A program made the translations under genes and the position numbers. The notes beneath the pieces are model-generated. The model made no database searches and was not told the origin of the DNA. It saw nothing but the letters and a program-made list of their open reading frames with translations. 64,000 nucleotides of DNA from Ascoidea asiatica JCM 7603 (Eukaryota; Fungi; Ascomycota): the NCBI GenBank assembly GCA_001600695.1, contig BCKQ01000002.1, positions 1,437,340 through 1,501,339 on the forward strand, in the 5' to 3' direction. Below, piece after piece: positions 34,857 through 46,859 of this stretch; the first letter of the stretch is position 1; the number at the start of each line of letters is the position of its first letter.

Positions 34857-35259
34857 TGTTTAATTTTGCAATTGTGAATGAATATTGTGATTTGAGATAA
34901 TTTCTTTTTAGTCTGTAACAATAAATGCAAAAACTGAATTGATTTAGAATTGGTAAGTTAACTGATAGGTGAAAAGAAGTACGGGTGCAAGTTTATGATG
35001 TCAATGAGAATATGATAATCGAGTAGCTGAATATTGATGATGGTATTGATAATGAGAATCGAAGACACTTCAATTCAAGCCAGAGTTCAAAAACGTTGTT
35101 TGATTATTAATGAAATATCCAATTGGTAGTTTATTATTAATATATTATTAATTTATTATTAATATTTATTTGATATTTTGATATTTATTTATTTATTTAT
35201 TTATTTATTCATTTATTTATTTATTCTTTTTTAGATTGTTGATTCTTTTTTGCTTATTT

Positions 35260-35560
35260 TCGAGTTTCCGTCTCCGCTGCCGCATTACGTAATCTTTTTT
35301 AAGCTCTGACCCGTTTTTCAATTTTTTCCCAAAGAGTTTTTCCGAATTATGGCAGAGAGCTGCAGCGGGACACGGCGTGAAAGTATGCATGCCAAGATGC
35401 ACTTTCTGCATAAACTGAAAGGAGATCGGGGACAAATGCCGGTTGCCGAGAACTAGCCTCTTGAGACGCCACATAAAACTTGCCACTAAATTTTAAAGCC
35501 ACATACACAGCCATAAACCTTTGCAACATTTAAACCGGAATTCAACTAACCACGTGAATA
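35260..35560. promoter_or_regulatory. GC-enriched divergent promoter island (MTC2 / UTP11)
   Basis: CpG-rich; ATTACGTAAT palindrome; inverted CCGCTGC/GCAGCGG; CACGTGA at 35551. Confidence 0.5.
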
Positions 35561-35757
35561 TATTTTTTATCTGAAAATAAAAAAAATTATTTTATTTTGA
35601 AATATTTATCATTTATGAATAGGTTAAATAAAGGTTATGGGTGTTTTTATATAGTATTTCAGTATCTTTTTTGATTGAAGAACTTTTGTAATAAGATATA
35701 TATAATTTATTATATATTTGTACATTAATAAAGAAAAGAAGAAAGAAATTTAATAAA

Positions 35758-36531
35758 ATGGCAAAATTAGTTCATAATGTACAAAAAAAACAACATAGAG
35801 AACGTTCTCAACCTTTAGAAAGAAAAAAATGGGGTTTACTTGAAAAAAAAAAAGATTATAAATTAAGAGCAAATGATTATCATAAAAAACAAGATTCTAT
35901 AAAAAAATTAATTACAAAAGTTTCTTTAAGAAATCCAGATGAATATTATCATTCTATGAAAAATAAAAAAACTGATAAAGATGGAATTTTAATAAAAGAT
36001 AGAGGTAATATTTCTTTAAATAATGATCAAGCAAAATTATTAAAAACTCAAGATTCAAATTATATTAATACAATTAGAACAAATTATTTAAAAAAAATTA
36101 AAAATGATGAAATTTCTTTATTTAATTCAAATATTAAAAGTAATTCAAATCATATAATATTTTGTGAAAATAAATTTGAATTTGATAAATTTGATCCTAT
36201 AAATCATTTTAATACTGATAAAAGATTATTAAAAAATAATGAAAATAGATTAACTTTAAATCAATTACAATTACAATCACAATCACAATCAAATGAATCA
36301 ATTGAATTAAATGAAAAAGAATTAAAAAAAACAGAAAATAAAGAAATAAATAATATAAAAAAATCAGAAATCAGAAGACTTAAGAAATTAAAAGCATATA
36401 AAGAAAAATTACAACAAGAGAAAAAATTACATCAAATTCAATTAGAAATGGATACAAAAAGGGAATTAATGAAATCAAGTGCAAAAATTGTAAATGGTCA
36501 ATGGAAATGGAAAAGACAACGTAAACGTTAA
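35758..36531 (+). CDS. UTP11: SSU processome component Utp11
   Basis: [33 protein letters not shown]; RNPDEYY; LLKTQD.NY; C-terminal WKWKRQRKR. Confidence 0.97.
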   Translation: MAKLVHNVQKKQHRERSQPLERKKWGLLEKKKDYKLRANDYHKKQDSIKKLITKVSLRNPDEYYHSMKNKKTDKDGILIKDRGNISLNNDQAKLLKTQDSNYINTIRTNYLKKIKNDEISLFNSNIKSNSNHIIFCENKFEFDKFDPINHFNTDKRLLKNNENRLTLNQLQLQSQSQSNESIELNEKELKKTENKEINNIKKSEIRRLKKLKAYKEKLQQEKKLHQIQLEMDTKRELMKSSAKIVNGQWKWKRQRKR

Positions 36532-36602
36532 TAGATAGTTAATTATATATTTATTTATATATATATAAGTTTATAAGAGAGATATAATAATAAAATATAT
36601 TA

Positions 36603-38561
36603 TTATGAATGAAATTTAACATCCCAAATTTTTATTGTTGAATCTGAACCACCAGAAATTATTTGATTTTCATTATACCATTTAACAACATTAACACCAT
36701 CTTTATGAGCATTTAAAAATTTTATATTTTTCATTGGTCTTTCAACAGAATATATTATAATATTTGTATCTAAAGAACCACTAACAATAAATTTATCATT
36801 AAAATTCCAAGAAATTGAATTAATTTTATTTGTATGAAATGACCATCTTGAAGTTATAATTTCTTTTAAATTTAAATCATATAAAATTATTTTTCCAGTA
36901 ATATCACCAATTGCTAAATAATTATTATTATTTGAAATTTTTATAAATGAAATTTTATTTCTAAAAATTAAATTATTTAAATTTAAAAAATTTTTATCTT
37001 CATTAAAATTATCATTAATATTTAAAAAAATTAAAGAATTTTTTAAATCATTACAAATTATTATAATATTTTCATTAATATCAATAATATTTGAAGTTTG
37101 AAATTTTAAAATTTTTTCCAAAATTAAAATTCCAGATTTATTTTCAAAAATTTTTAAAATATTATTTGAATCAATAATTGAAAAAATTTTATTATTTGAA
37201 GCAATTGCTTTTGGTTGAGAATCTAATTTAATATTAAAATTATCATCAAAAGATTCTTCAATTGAGGAAGATGAGGTAGATAAAGATTTGTTTTCTTCAA
37301 TTGATAATTGATTAAATTTTTTAATATAATCATCCCAAGCAATTGAAATGATTTGATTATTTAATTTATCATTAATTAAATTAACAATTAAATTTGAATG
37401 ATTATTACCATTAATATAGTTTGTAATTGTTGAATTATTTGATAAATTCCATTTACAAATTCTACCATCATTTGAACCTGAATAAATTATATTATTATTG
37501 TTAAAATTTGAAATAGTTAAAGAAGTGATTGAATTTTGATGACCTTTAATAATTTTAAATGGAATTTTAGATAATTTTGAAAAATCATTAATATCATAAT
37601 TAAAAAAATTTAAATTACCAGAATAAGATAAAGAAATTATATAATCTTCAGTTGAGATTATACCAATTTGATGATTTTTTAAAAATTTTTCAAAATTCCA
37701 AGTATAAATAAGGTGATTATTATTTAATTTTTTTAAAGACCATAATTTTATTGAAGAATCTGAGGAAACTGTTAAGAAATAATTTGAAGAATTAAATAAC
37801 CAATTTATTGAAAAAATTCCAGAATCATGAGTTTTATTTGAAATATCATAAATTTTTTTAATAAATTTACCATTATTACCATTATATAAAATTATATTTT
37901 TATCAGAACCAACACTTATGATAAAATTACCATTATTTGAAAATGAAATATCTCTAATGAAACCATTATGTAAAGATCTATTTGAAAGATTAAATTTAAA
38001 AGGAGGACCATTATAAAAAATCATTGAAGAATCATCAGAACATGTTGTTGCTTTTAAAGGTCTATTTGGTTTTATAGAAATTGAATTAATTTGAGAAGAA
38101 TGACCAGAAATTTCACCAATTGAATTACCAGAATCCATTAAAAAACAATTTGCAAAAATATTTTTACCATTACCAACAACTATAATTCTTTTATTTTCAA
38201 AATCCCAAGATAAATTATTAATTTTACCAGAAATTGAATTATAATCACCTTTAATTATAAAATTTAAATCATTTGGAAAATTTATTGAATTTAAAGTATC
38301 CCAAATTTTTACATTTCCAGATTCATCACCAGAAGCAATATAATTACCATTTGGAGAAAATTTAGCAACAGTTGTTAAATAATTATGATTTTTAAATTGA
38401 GTTATATTATTATTATTATTATTATCAATTGAAATTAAAAAAATTGATTTACCATTTGGATAAGCTAATCTTCTTGATTTTGGATCATAAGATAAATGAA
38501 CAGTTTTTGCTCTTGTTGTTGAAGGTAATGGAGCTAAAGTTCTATTAAGAGTTATTGACAT
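36603..38561 (-). CDS. AIP1: Actin-interacting protein 1 (WD40 double propeller)
   Basis: PLPSTTRA..VHLSYD; VAKFSPNGNYIASGDESG; DSGNSIGEISGHS; GPPFKF; SRWSFHT; SGSLDTNIIIYS; LNAHKDGV. Confidence 0.95.
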   Translation of the reverse strand: MSITLNRTLAPLPSTTRAKTVHLSYDPKSRRLAYPNGKSIFLISIDNNNNNNITQFKNHNYLTTVAKFSPNGNYIASGDESGNVKIWDTLNSINFPNDLNFIIKGDYNSISGKINNLSWDFENKRIIVVGNGKNIFANCFLMDSGNSIGEISGHSSQINSISIKPNRPLKATTCSDDSSMIFYNGPPFKFNLSNRSLHNGFIRDISFSNNGNFIISVGSDKNIILYNGNNGKFIKKIYDISNKTHDSGIFSINWLFNSSNYFLTVSSDSSIKLWSLKKLNNNHLIYTWNFEKFLKNHQIGIISTEDYIISLSYSGNLNFFNYDINDFSKLSKIPFKIIKGHQNSITSLTISNFNNNNIIYSGSNDGRICKWNLSNNSTITNYINGNNHSNLIVNLINDKLNNQIISIAWDDYIKKFNQLSIEENKSLSTSSSSIEESFDDNFNIKLDSQPKAIASNNKIFSIIDSNNILKIFENKSGILILEKILKFQTSNIIDINENIIIICNDLKNSLIFLNINDNFNEDKNFLNLNNLIFRNKISFIKISNNNNYLAIGDITGKIILYDLNLKEIITSRWSFHTNKINSISWNFNDKFIVSGSLDTNIIIYSVERPMKNIKFLNAHKDGVNVVKWYNENQIISGGSDSTIKIWDVKFHS

Positions 38562-38755
38562 TTGGATTTAAAAAGAATGTAATTTATTATTCAATTGATG
38601 AATTGAATTGATTGATTGAAAGAGTTGATATAATAATCAGTTTTAGATATTTCAATGGATAGATTAGATATATATTGATTGATATTTACGTATTCAATAT
38701 TCAAGTTGTTTATTAATAGGAGTATCACTTGAGGTACCATTGCAGTGGTACTTAT

Positions 38756-38800
38756 ATTAAATTAAATTAAATTAAATTAAATTAAAATCAAATCAAATCA
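38756..38800. repeat. (ATTAA)6(AATCA)3 compound microsatellite
   Basis: Direct reading. Confidence 0.85.
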
Positions 38801-38809
38801 ATGCATTCA

Positions 38810-39090
38810 AAGGTGCGTTGTGCATGGGCTGGAGCAGTTGTGGCACGTGGCTAGTTATCAGTGGCTTGCTTCTTTCCGTTTACGGCGCAGTGTCAACAAC
38901 AGCAACAACAACAGCAACAACAGCAACAACACTCAACGACCAGTGCCCAGACAAACCCAGACAAGGAGCAAGAAATGCAGCGTTACCCTCCCACTGGCAC
39001 TGGCACTGGCACTGGAATGAGACTTGAGACTTGAGAATAACAATAACAGAGAAATACGCCATTTTTGCCATTTTTGCCAGTTTTGCCAGT
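38810..39090. promoter_or_regulatory. GC-enriched divergent promoter island (AIP1 / SLM1) with tandem motifs
   Basis: AAGGTGCGTTG, GCACGTGG, (CAACAR)n, (CACTGG)4, TTTTGCCA x3. Confidence 0.5.
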
Positions 39091-39515
39091 TTCCACAATC
39101 TCATAACTACAACCAGAATCAAAATCAAAGTCAAATTTATTAATCGCAGAATTGAATAAATAAATAATAAATAAATAATAAATAAATAAACATACCAGAA
39201 ATAAAGCAAATAAAGAATAAACCAGAAATCAAAGAAAGCAAAGAAAGCAAAGAAGCAAATTAATATCACATTCTTCCATTTTAGTCAATTCATTCAGTCC
39301 AGCAATAACTAATTTCATTACTTTCTAATTTCATTATTCTTACATCATTATCCTCCTATTAAAACTATATCAATCAATCAAAAGAAATAAAAGAAATAAT
39401 AAAAATAAATGATATACAAATTATATATTACTATCATTCCTTAATATCTTCAACTACTTTTTAAATTATATATAATATATTAAATATATTAAATATATTA
39501 AATATATATATCAAT

Positions 39516-40160
39516 ATGTCAACTATGACTTCAGCTTTATCACAACCATCAACAGGTATAATCTCTCAACAACAACAACAAAAAAATCTTTATCAATTAC
39601 AAAACTTCTCTAATCAAAAATCTCAATCTCAATCTCAATCTCAATCTCAATCTCAATCTCAATCTCATTCATTTGATTCAACTATATCTCCATTAAATAG
39701 ATCTTCTTCTCAAATAACAAATCAATTATCAAATACTAATACTAATAATATTCAAGATTCAATGTCTTTTCAAAGAAATTTATCAAATTCAAATTTAAAT
39801 TTAGTTTCCAATAATAATAATAATAATAATACACCTTATAATTATAATAAAGATCCAAGAAATCCATTATTTATTCAAATTCCAACTAATGCAAATCCAA
39901 CTGATGTTTTAGCAACAAGATTTAATTCTTGGAGATCTATAATTAAATCTTTAATTATTTATTTACATGAAGTTGTATCTGTTAATGAAGAAATTATACG
40001 TCAACAAATTAGATTACAACATTCTGTTAAATTTCCATTTTTAAATTATGATGCTTTTTCTCCAAATAATAATATTAATGGTAATTTATCTTCTGCAAAT
40101 TCTCTGAATAATTTAAATTCAAATTCAAATATTAATCAATCTCAAAATAATGATATCACC

Positions 40161-40201
<41 letters not shown>

Positions 40202-41657
40202 TCAAGATATTAATTTATATGATAATCAAACAAGTTTAGAAGAAATTAATTCAAAAAAATTCTTTATGCCAATAGGTTCAAATTCAATTCAAGATTTACC
40301 TTCTTTATTATCTAATTTTCATAGAAATTCTGCAGCTTCTGCTTCTAGAATTACAAAAGAATTAAATAATAGTGTAATTCCAAGATTAGAAGATTTAAAA
40401 AGAGATTTAGCAATAAAAATTAAAGAAATTAGATCTTTATCTTCTGATTTTAAAACAACTGTATCAAAAGAAAAAAATCAAACTTCTTTAGATTTATCTA
40501 ATTTTTTAAAATCAATTGATTTAATTAAATCTTCTTCAATTTCAATTAATCCAATTCAAGATCCATTTTTAAATAAAATTTATTTAGATAAACAAATTAA
40601 AAAACAATTAATTGAAGAAAATTATTTACATGAAGCTTTTATAAATTTACAAAATTCTGGTAAAGAATTAGAAAAAGTTGTAGTTATTGAAATTCAAAAT
40701 TCTTTAAGAATTTATGCAAGATTAATTGGTGAAAATGCTCAATTAGTCTTCACAATACTTTTAAATAAATTAGATTCTGGTTTTATAACAAAAGATCCAA
40801 CTTTTGAATGGGAAAATTTTATAAATAGAGATATAAATTTTATTAATCCAAATTTACCAATGAGACATTTTCAAAATATTTCTTATAAAAATATGAATGA
40901 TCCATTAACTTTAGAAATAAAATCTGGTTTTCTTGAAAGAAAATCAAAATATTTAAAATCTTATTCAAGAGGTTGGTACGTTTTAACTCCAACTTTTTTA
41001 CATGAATTTAAATCTTCTGATAAAAAAAAAAATTTTGTACCTGTGATGTCATTAAATTTAAATGATTGTACTGTTAATAAAAAAGAAGGTAAAAAATTAG
41101 ATGATTCTTTTAAATTTATTATTAATGCAAAACAAAATGGTATCATTCATAGAGGTCAAAAATGGTTATTTAAATCTGATACTTATGAAAATTTAAAAGA
41201 ATGGGTAGAAATTTTAAAAATTTTAACTAATTTATCAACTTCTGAAAAAAGAGCTCAATATATTATGGAAAAAAATCCAATTTTAATTAATAAAAGAAGA
41301 AGTATTCAAATTCAAAAAAAAAAAATTAATAATAATATTAATATGAATAGATTTTCTCAACCACCTCCAACAACAAATAAACAAAATTTTTCTCAATCTC
41401 CAAATATTAATTCAAATTTACCACTTTCTTCTCAAACTTTAGTTCAAACAACTTCAAATACTCAATCAAATCAATTTCAACCTCAACAACAACAACAACA
41501 ACAACAACCTCATCTTATTCAACGTCAAACTTCACTTTCTGTACCTATAAATGATGGTGTTTATCAAAATAATGATCAAATTCATCGAAATTCTCAATAT
41601 TTTCAAATTCAACCAAATAATAATTTAAGTATTAATACTAATGATCCAAATATTTCA

Positions 41658-41711
<54 letters not shown>

Positions 41712-42500
41712 TTAGATAAACCATATTTAGTTGTTCAAATGCCAACACCTACAAGTTCTGAAATTCCTGAACCTCAACGTCAGACTTCTTTAAATTTAGG
41801 TAATAATGGTTTTACTCCAATTCATCAAAATTATGAAAGAAATTTATCACTTAATTCAAGAAATTCAAGAAGTTCAAGAAATTTAACAGGAATTTCTGTT
41901 GATGATCAAATTATTTCTGGAGTTAATGATCTTAATTTAAATGGTAATATGAATAATAATATGAATAATATAAACAATATAAATAATTCAAATAATATAA
42001 ATAATATTAATCATATGAATAGTATGAATCATATGAATAATATGAACATGAATAATATGAACATGAATAATATGAATATGAATATGAATGGAATTGAAAC
42101 TGCAACTGTATCTGAAGTTGATGAAAGTGGAGTTTCAGATGATCGAACTGCAAAAGATACTCAAATAACAGAAGATTCAACTATAAATAATTCTCCAAGA
42201 CTTATGAGTAATAATATATCGTATAAACATAGAAGTAATCAAATTTCAAATTCAAATCCTAATTTAAGTTTAAATGGTAAAAATTCAAATATTCAAAGAA
42301 CAATTTCAATGTCAGGTAAAAATTATGATAATAGAGAATTTTCAAATAATTCTTTACTTGATCAAAATATAAGATATAAACATATGTCACAACCTATTTA
42401 TTCATCAAATAATAACAATATTAATAATAATAATAATAACTCTCATAAAATGAATTTATCTGGTTCATATATGAATAATGGGGATATGATGTATTCTTAA
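39516..42500 (+). CDS. SLM1: Slm1/Slm2-family BAR-PH domain PI(4,5)P2 / TORC2 effector
   Basis: NPTDVLATRFNSWRSIIKSL; IPRLEDLKRDLAIKIKEI; EENYLHEAFINLQ.SGKELEK; PH domain SGFLERKSKYLKSYSRGWYVLT..FLHEFKS. Confidence 0.92.
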
Positions 42501-42716
42501 TCTTTTGATAAACAATTTATTTATTTTTTTTATTAATTTTTTATATGCTTATATAGTCCATAGTTCCTAATTCATACATCATTAAAATTCATCATTTATT
42601 TTTTTTATGATGGTTTTTTTCTTTATTTTTATTTAAAGCTCATTCGTTCTACTGTAATTAATTATTATACATAATTAAATATATTTTTAATATTTTTCAA
42701 ATTTTTTTTTGTTTAT

Positions 42717-45353
42717 TTATTGTTGTAAACTATTAAAACTATTAGCTATTAAATCTTTCAATTCTTTATATGAAATAATAATTGAATTTTGTTCATTTGG
42801 AGATACAAGTAATATTTTTTCTTCACAACCTGTATCAAGTTTATTAAGACAAGTTAAAACATGAGATAAATCTAAAACTGGTTTTCCATTACTATCAACT
42901 TGATGAAATATATAATCTCTGAATAATTTTATTGGATATCTATTACCAGATTCAGACCAAGAAGGATCATGAGCAAATTCTGGCCTTTCATTTATAAAAC
43001 CTAATTTTGTAATTAATCTAAAAAGTCTACCATTTTCAACTTCTCTTGATAATTGACTTTCCATAAAATCATTTGAATATTCTAACTTATTAACTAAACT
43101 TAAAATATGTGGACTTATACGATTTGAGAAATTATTTAAAAATGTTAATGAATTTTCTTTTGATTCATTAATTGTAAATAAATGTAAAAGAGATAAATTA
43201 AATTCTTCACTAAATGGTAAACTTTTTATTAAAATTGATTTATCTTGTTTCCAAAGACTACTATTAATTTGAGATTTTGCTAAAGTTAAAATTAATTCAG
43301 CAAATTTTAAAATATCATTTTTTTGTAAAACATCCATATTCATACTCATATTCATATTATTTTTATCATTATTATTATTACAATTATTTATATCATCATT
43401 TGAATAATTTAAAATATCAAAAATTCCACAATCAGATAATTTTATTCTATTTTGATTTGTTATAATAATTTTATCAATATTTAAAGATCTTGCAGCTAAT
43501 TTTTTTTTATGAATTGTAATCAAAGCATTTAAAATTTGAATAATATAATTCCATAATAAATTTTCATTAATTGGTATCAATTGATTTGAATTATTATTAA
43601 GAAAATGAGCTTCTTTTAAAGTTTTTGCAAGTGGATAATAATCATAAACTAAAATTAAAGAATTATCATTAAAAGCTAAAGTTGTGAAAGCTTCATGAAT
43701 TTGAACAATATTTGCAGATTTTATATTACTCCAAAGTTTAATAATTGAAATTGATTTTTCATGAATAACTTTATAATTTTCAATTCTTCTTAAAGTATAA
43801 GCATTACCATCAAAATTTGAAAAAGATTTGTATAAAGTGGTTGAAATATTCTTACCATAATATGAGATATTTTGTTTTTTGATACTGTTATTATTGAGAT
43901 TATTACCGTTTGTATTAATATGATTATTTGTTATATTATTGCTATTATCTATATTATTAGTGATATTATTATCTATGTTATTATTATTGTTATTATTATT
44001 GGAAGATGAAGAATTGGAAGAGATTTTTATTGAAGAAGAAGAATTACCAAATTTATCTAAAGGTACTAAAGAATGATAAATATGAACATGTTCAGGTAAA
44101 CCAAAATTTGGAAAAATTCTATTTGTTTCTTCATTTTTTTTTTGAATTGATTCTCTTAAATTATTTGGTAAAAAAAAAGATTGAGAATTTGATTCATGAT
44201 TTTTTAAAGGTATAGTTATATGAGGTGGTGGAGCAGGAGCATAACAATGATATTGTAATGGATGAGAATAATAAAAATCTGGATTTAAATTGATTCCATT
44301 CATATTCATTGTATTCATTGTGTTCATTGTATTCATTGTATTCATAGAATTCATACCATTCATTGTCATATTATTCATACTGTTCATATTATTCATAGTC
44401 ATTCCATTCATATTATTTAAATTTAAATTTGCTAAATTATTTAAAGTATTTATATTTGGAGTTGCAGGAGAAAGTCCCATATGGTTATTATTGTTATCAG
44501 TATTATTTAATGGAATTGAAGCAGAAGTTGGAGTTCTTAAAAGACTGGAATCAATATTATTGAAATCATTTTGATTTATATTATCTTTACTACTGTTATT
44601 ATTATTTAAATTATTTATATTAGTCTCATTTTCTTTATTATTTGATAAATTATTATTATTCATTGGTAAGAATTTTGAAATATTTGGAGAAGATACAGAA
44701 GGTTTGAAAATTGGACTATCGACATTATAAGAAATTTTTAAAGATTTTTCTGGAGAAATTGAAATTGAATTTGAAATTGAAATTGAATTTAAATCATCAT
44801 CTTTTTCTTTAATATTGATTACGTTATTGTTTACATTATTATTATTATTATTATTACCATTATTATTATTATTATTTGCTAAAGATAATTTTTTTGGTTT
44901 AAAAGTTGGAATTTCATCAATTTTATTTGAAGATAAAAAATTTGATTTTGAAATTGGTTTAAAACTTTGAGATTCAAAATTAAATTTTTTAATTGGTTTT
45001 GAAACAATATTATTAATTTTATTTTTCAGTTCATTAATTTGAATTGAATCTTCAAGATTAATATTATCTAAATTATTATCCTTATTATTTGATTCAATTG
45101 TTATCGGAGTTGAATTATTTGATAAATTAATTGATAATGAATTTGAATTTGGATGTAAATGATGATTGAAAGCGCAACCTTTATTTTCATATTTACAATA
45201 ACCATGAATACTTATATTTTTACATGGGATTTCTTTTGCCCATTCCATATCAGTTCCTTTAATAATAAATTGAAAATTTTGTTAGTTATATTGATTGAAA
45301 GATAAGTTATATATTTATATTTATATTGGAATCGGATACATACTTTTTTCCAT
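42717..45353 (-). CDS. PAN3: PAN deadenylase subunit Pan3; exons 45353-45344 and 45256-42717
   Basis: CCCH finger WAKEIPCKNISIHGYCKYENKGCAFNH; PLQYHCYAP; pseudokinase; ENGRLFRLITKLGFINERPE..WSESG.RYPIKLFRDYIFHQ. Spliced start MEKRTDMEWAK. Confidence 0.95.
45257..45343 (-). other. Spliceosomal intron in PAN3 (87 nt, phase 1, AAG acceptor)
   Basis: GTATGT donor 10 nt after ATG; AACTAAC branch at 45281-45287; AAG acceptor; in-frame junction A|GA. Confidence 0.75.
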
Positions 45354-45590
45354 TATTGATTAGAAAAGTAGATTAAAAAAATAAAAAAACCAAAAAAATG
45401 AAGGAATGAAAGAATAGAAACTTGAATATTAATGAAAAAAAAACTATTGAATTGTTTCGATCATTAAAATAGATTATCGTCAATCAGATTATAATTTAGG
45501 AAAGATAAATATATATTAAAATTGGCTATATTCAGAAATCAATGTCAATAACACTGTAATAATAGTGATATAATCATAGAATATAATAAT

Positions 45591-45643
45591 GATAATAATA
45601 ATGATAATAATAATGATAATAATAATGATAATAATAATGATAA
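45591..45643. repeat. (GATAATAATAAT)n repeat
   Basis: Four-plus 12-bp units. Confidence 0.85.
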
Positions 45644-46030
45644 TGCGGTAGTGTGAGAATAATAGCAATAATATCCTATGAGATTGTAGTGATAAATGTT
45701 CAACGTTACGTGCCAGAAATTAGAAATTAAAAGTAGCGTTGAGACTAGCAAAAAGTAACGTTATCGACTCGACTCAGACCACCGAAAAGGGGTCTGGGCG
45801 GATGCCAAGGATTAAAACAAATACAAAAATGAGGAATTACGATTGCAACCACAATACTGTCACAATACTGCCACAACAGCGTCTACACGCATGAAGCTGG
45901 TAGTATATGTGGCGTAAATTAAATGAAATGAGTTCCGGTCGTGTTGAAAACTTCTTCCGGGGTGTTCCCTGATAATTTGGAACTTCTGTCCAGAGAATTC
46001 CGACGAATCCAGGGTTATGGTTCCCCTTCT
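45640..46030. promoter_or_regulatory. GC-enriched divergent promoter island (PAN3 / SRX1)
   Basis: CpG-rich; 11-bp tandem CACAATACTGY (45850-45882); CTTCTTCCGGGGTG (45951). Confidence 0.45.
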
Positions 46031-46386
46031 GATTTTTTAAACTCCAGATTTTCTGAATATTATTAATGAATACCCTTTCTTGAGTTTATCGATGTGTTTT
46101 TGAAAGCTATGGACGATTTAAGTTTATTATTTTAAATGACAAATCCAAGAAATATACAGTATATTAATAATAAATAGTTTCATTATTATTATTAATCATA
46201 AGAGAAACTAATTTAAGATTCAATTTTGTTTTCAATTTTAGATTATGATTGAATAATTATATAAATATAAAAGTCTTTTATCGTTTTTTTTGAAAAATTA
46301 AGAAAGTGAAAGTAAAAAGGAATGCAAATGAAATTATAAAAATATAAAACTATAAAAAAATATAAATATAAAATATATCAATAACA

Positions 46387-46764
46387 ATGTCTTCAATTCA
46401 AACAAGATCTTTATTTAAAGTAGATTATTTACCTCTTGAACAAATCAGACGTCCAATTCCACCAGTTTTAGATTATGAAAAAATTGATGCAATGGCTCAA
46501 ACACTTAATGGAATACCAACAAGCTCAAAAACTTGTACTTTACAAGATGCAAAAGATATGAATGGTGAATTACCACCAATTGATGTAATGAAAATAAAAG
46601 AAAATGGTAAATTTTATTATTTTGCATTTGGTGGTTGTCATCGTTTTCAAGCTTATGAAAAATTTAATGGTGAAAAATTAGTTAAATGTAAAATTATTCC
46701 TGCAACAAAAAATCAGCTAAAATTATATTTAGGTTCTTCCGTTGATTCAATGTTTCAAATCTAA
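46387..46764 (+). CDS. SRX1: Sulfiredoxin
   Basis: IRRPIPPVLD..KIDAM; ELPPIDV; catalytic YYFAFGGCHRFQAY; LKLYLGSS. Confidence 0.97.
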   Translation: MSSIQTRSLFKVDYLPLEQIRRPIPPVLDYEKIDAMAQTLNGIPTSSKTCTLQDAKDMNGELPPIDVMKIKENGKFYYFAFGGCHRFQAYEKFNGEKLVKCKIIPATKNQLKLYLGSSVDSMFQI

Positions 46765-46859
46765 AACAAAAAAAATTCAAAAACTCATTTATTTATTTAT
46801 TTATTTGATTTATTAATTTATAATCAATATTATTGAATATATATAAAAATAATTTATAA

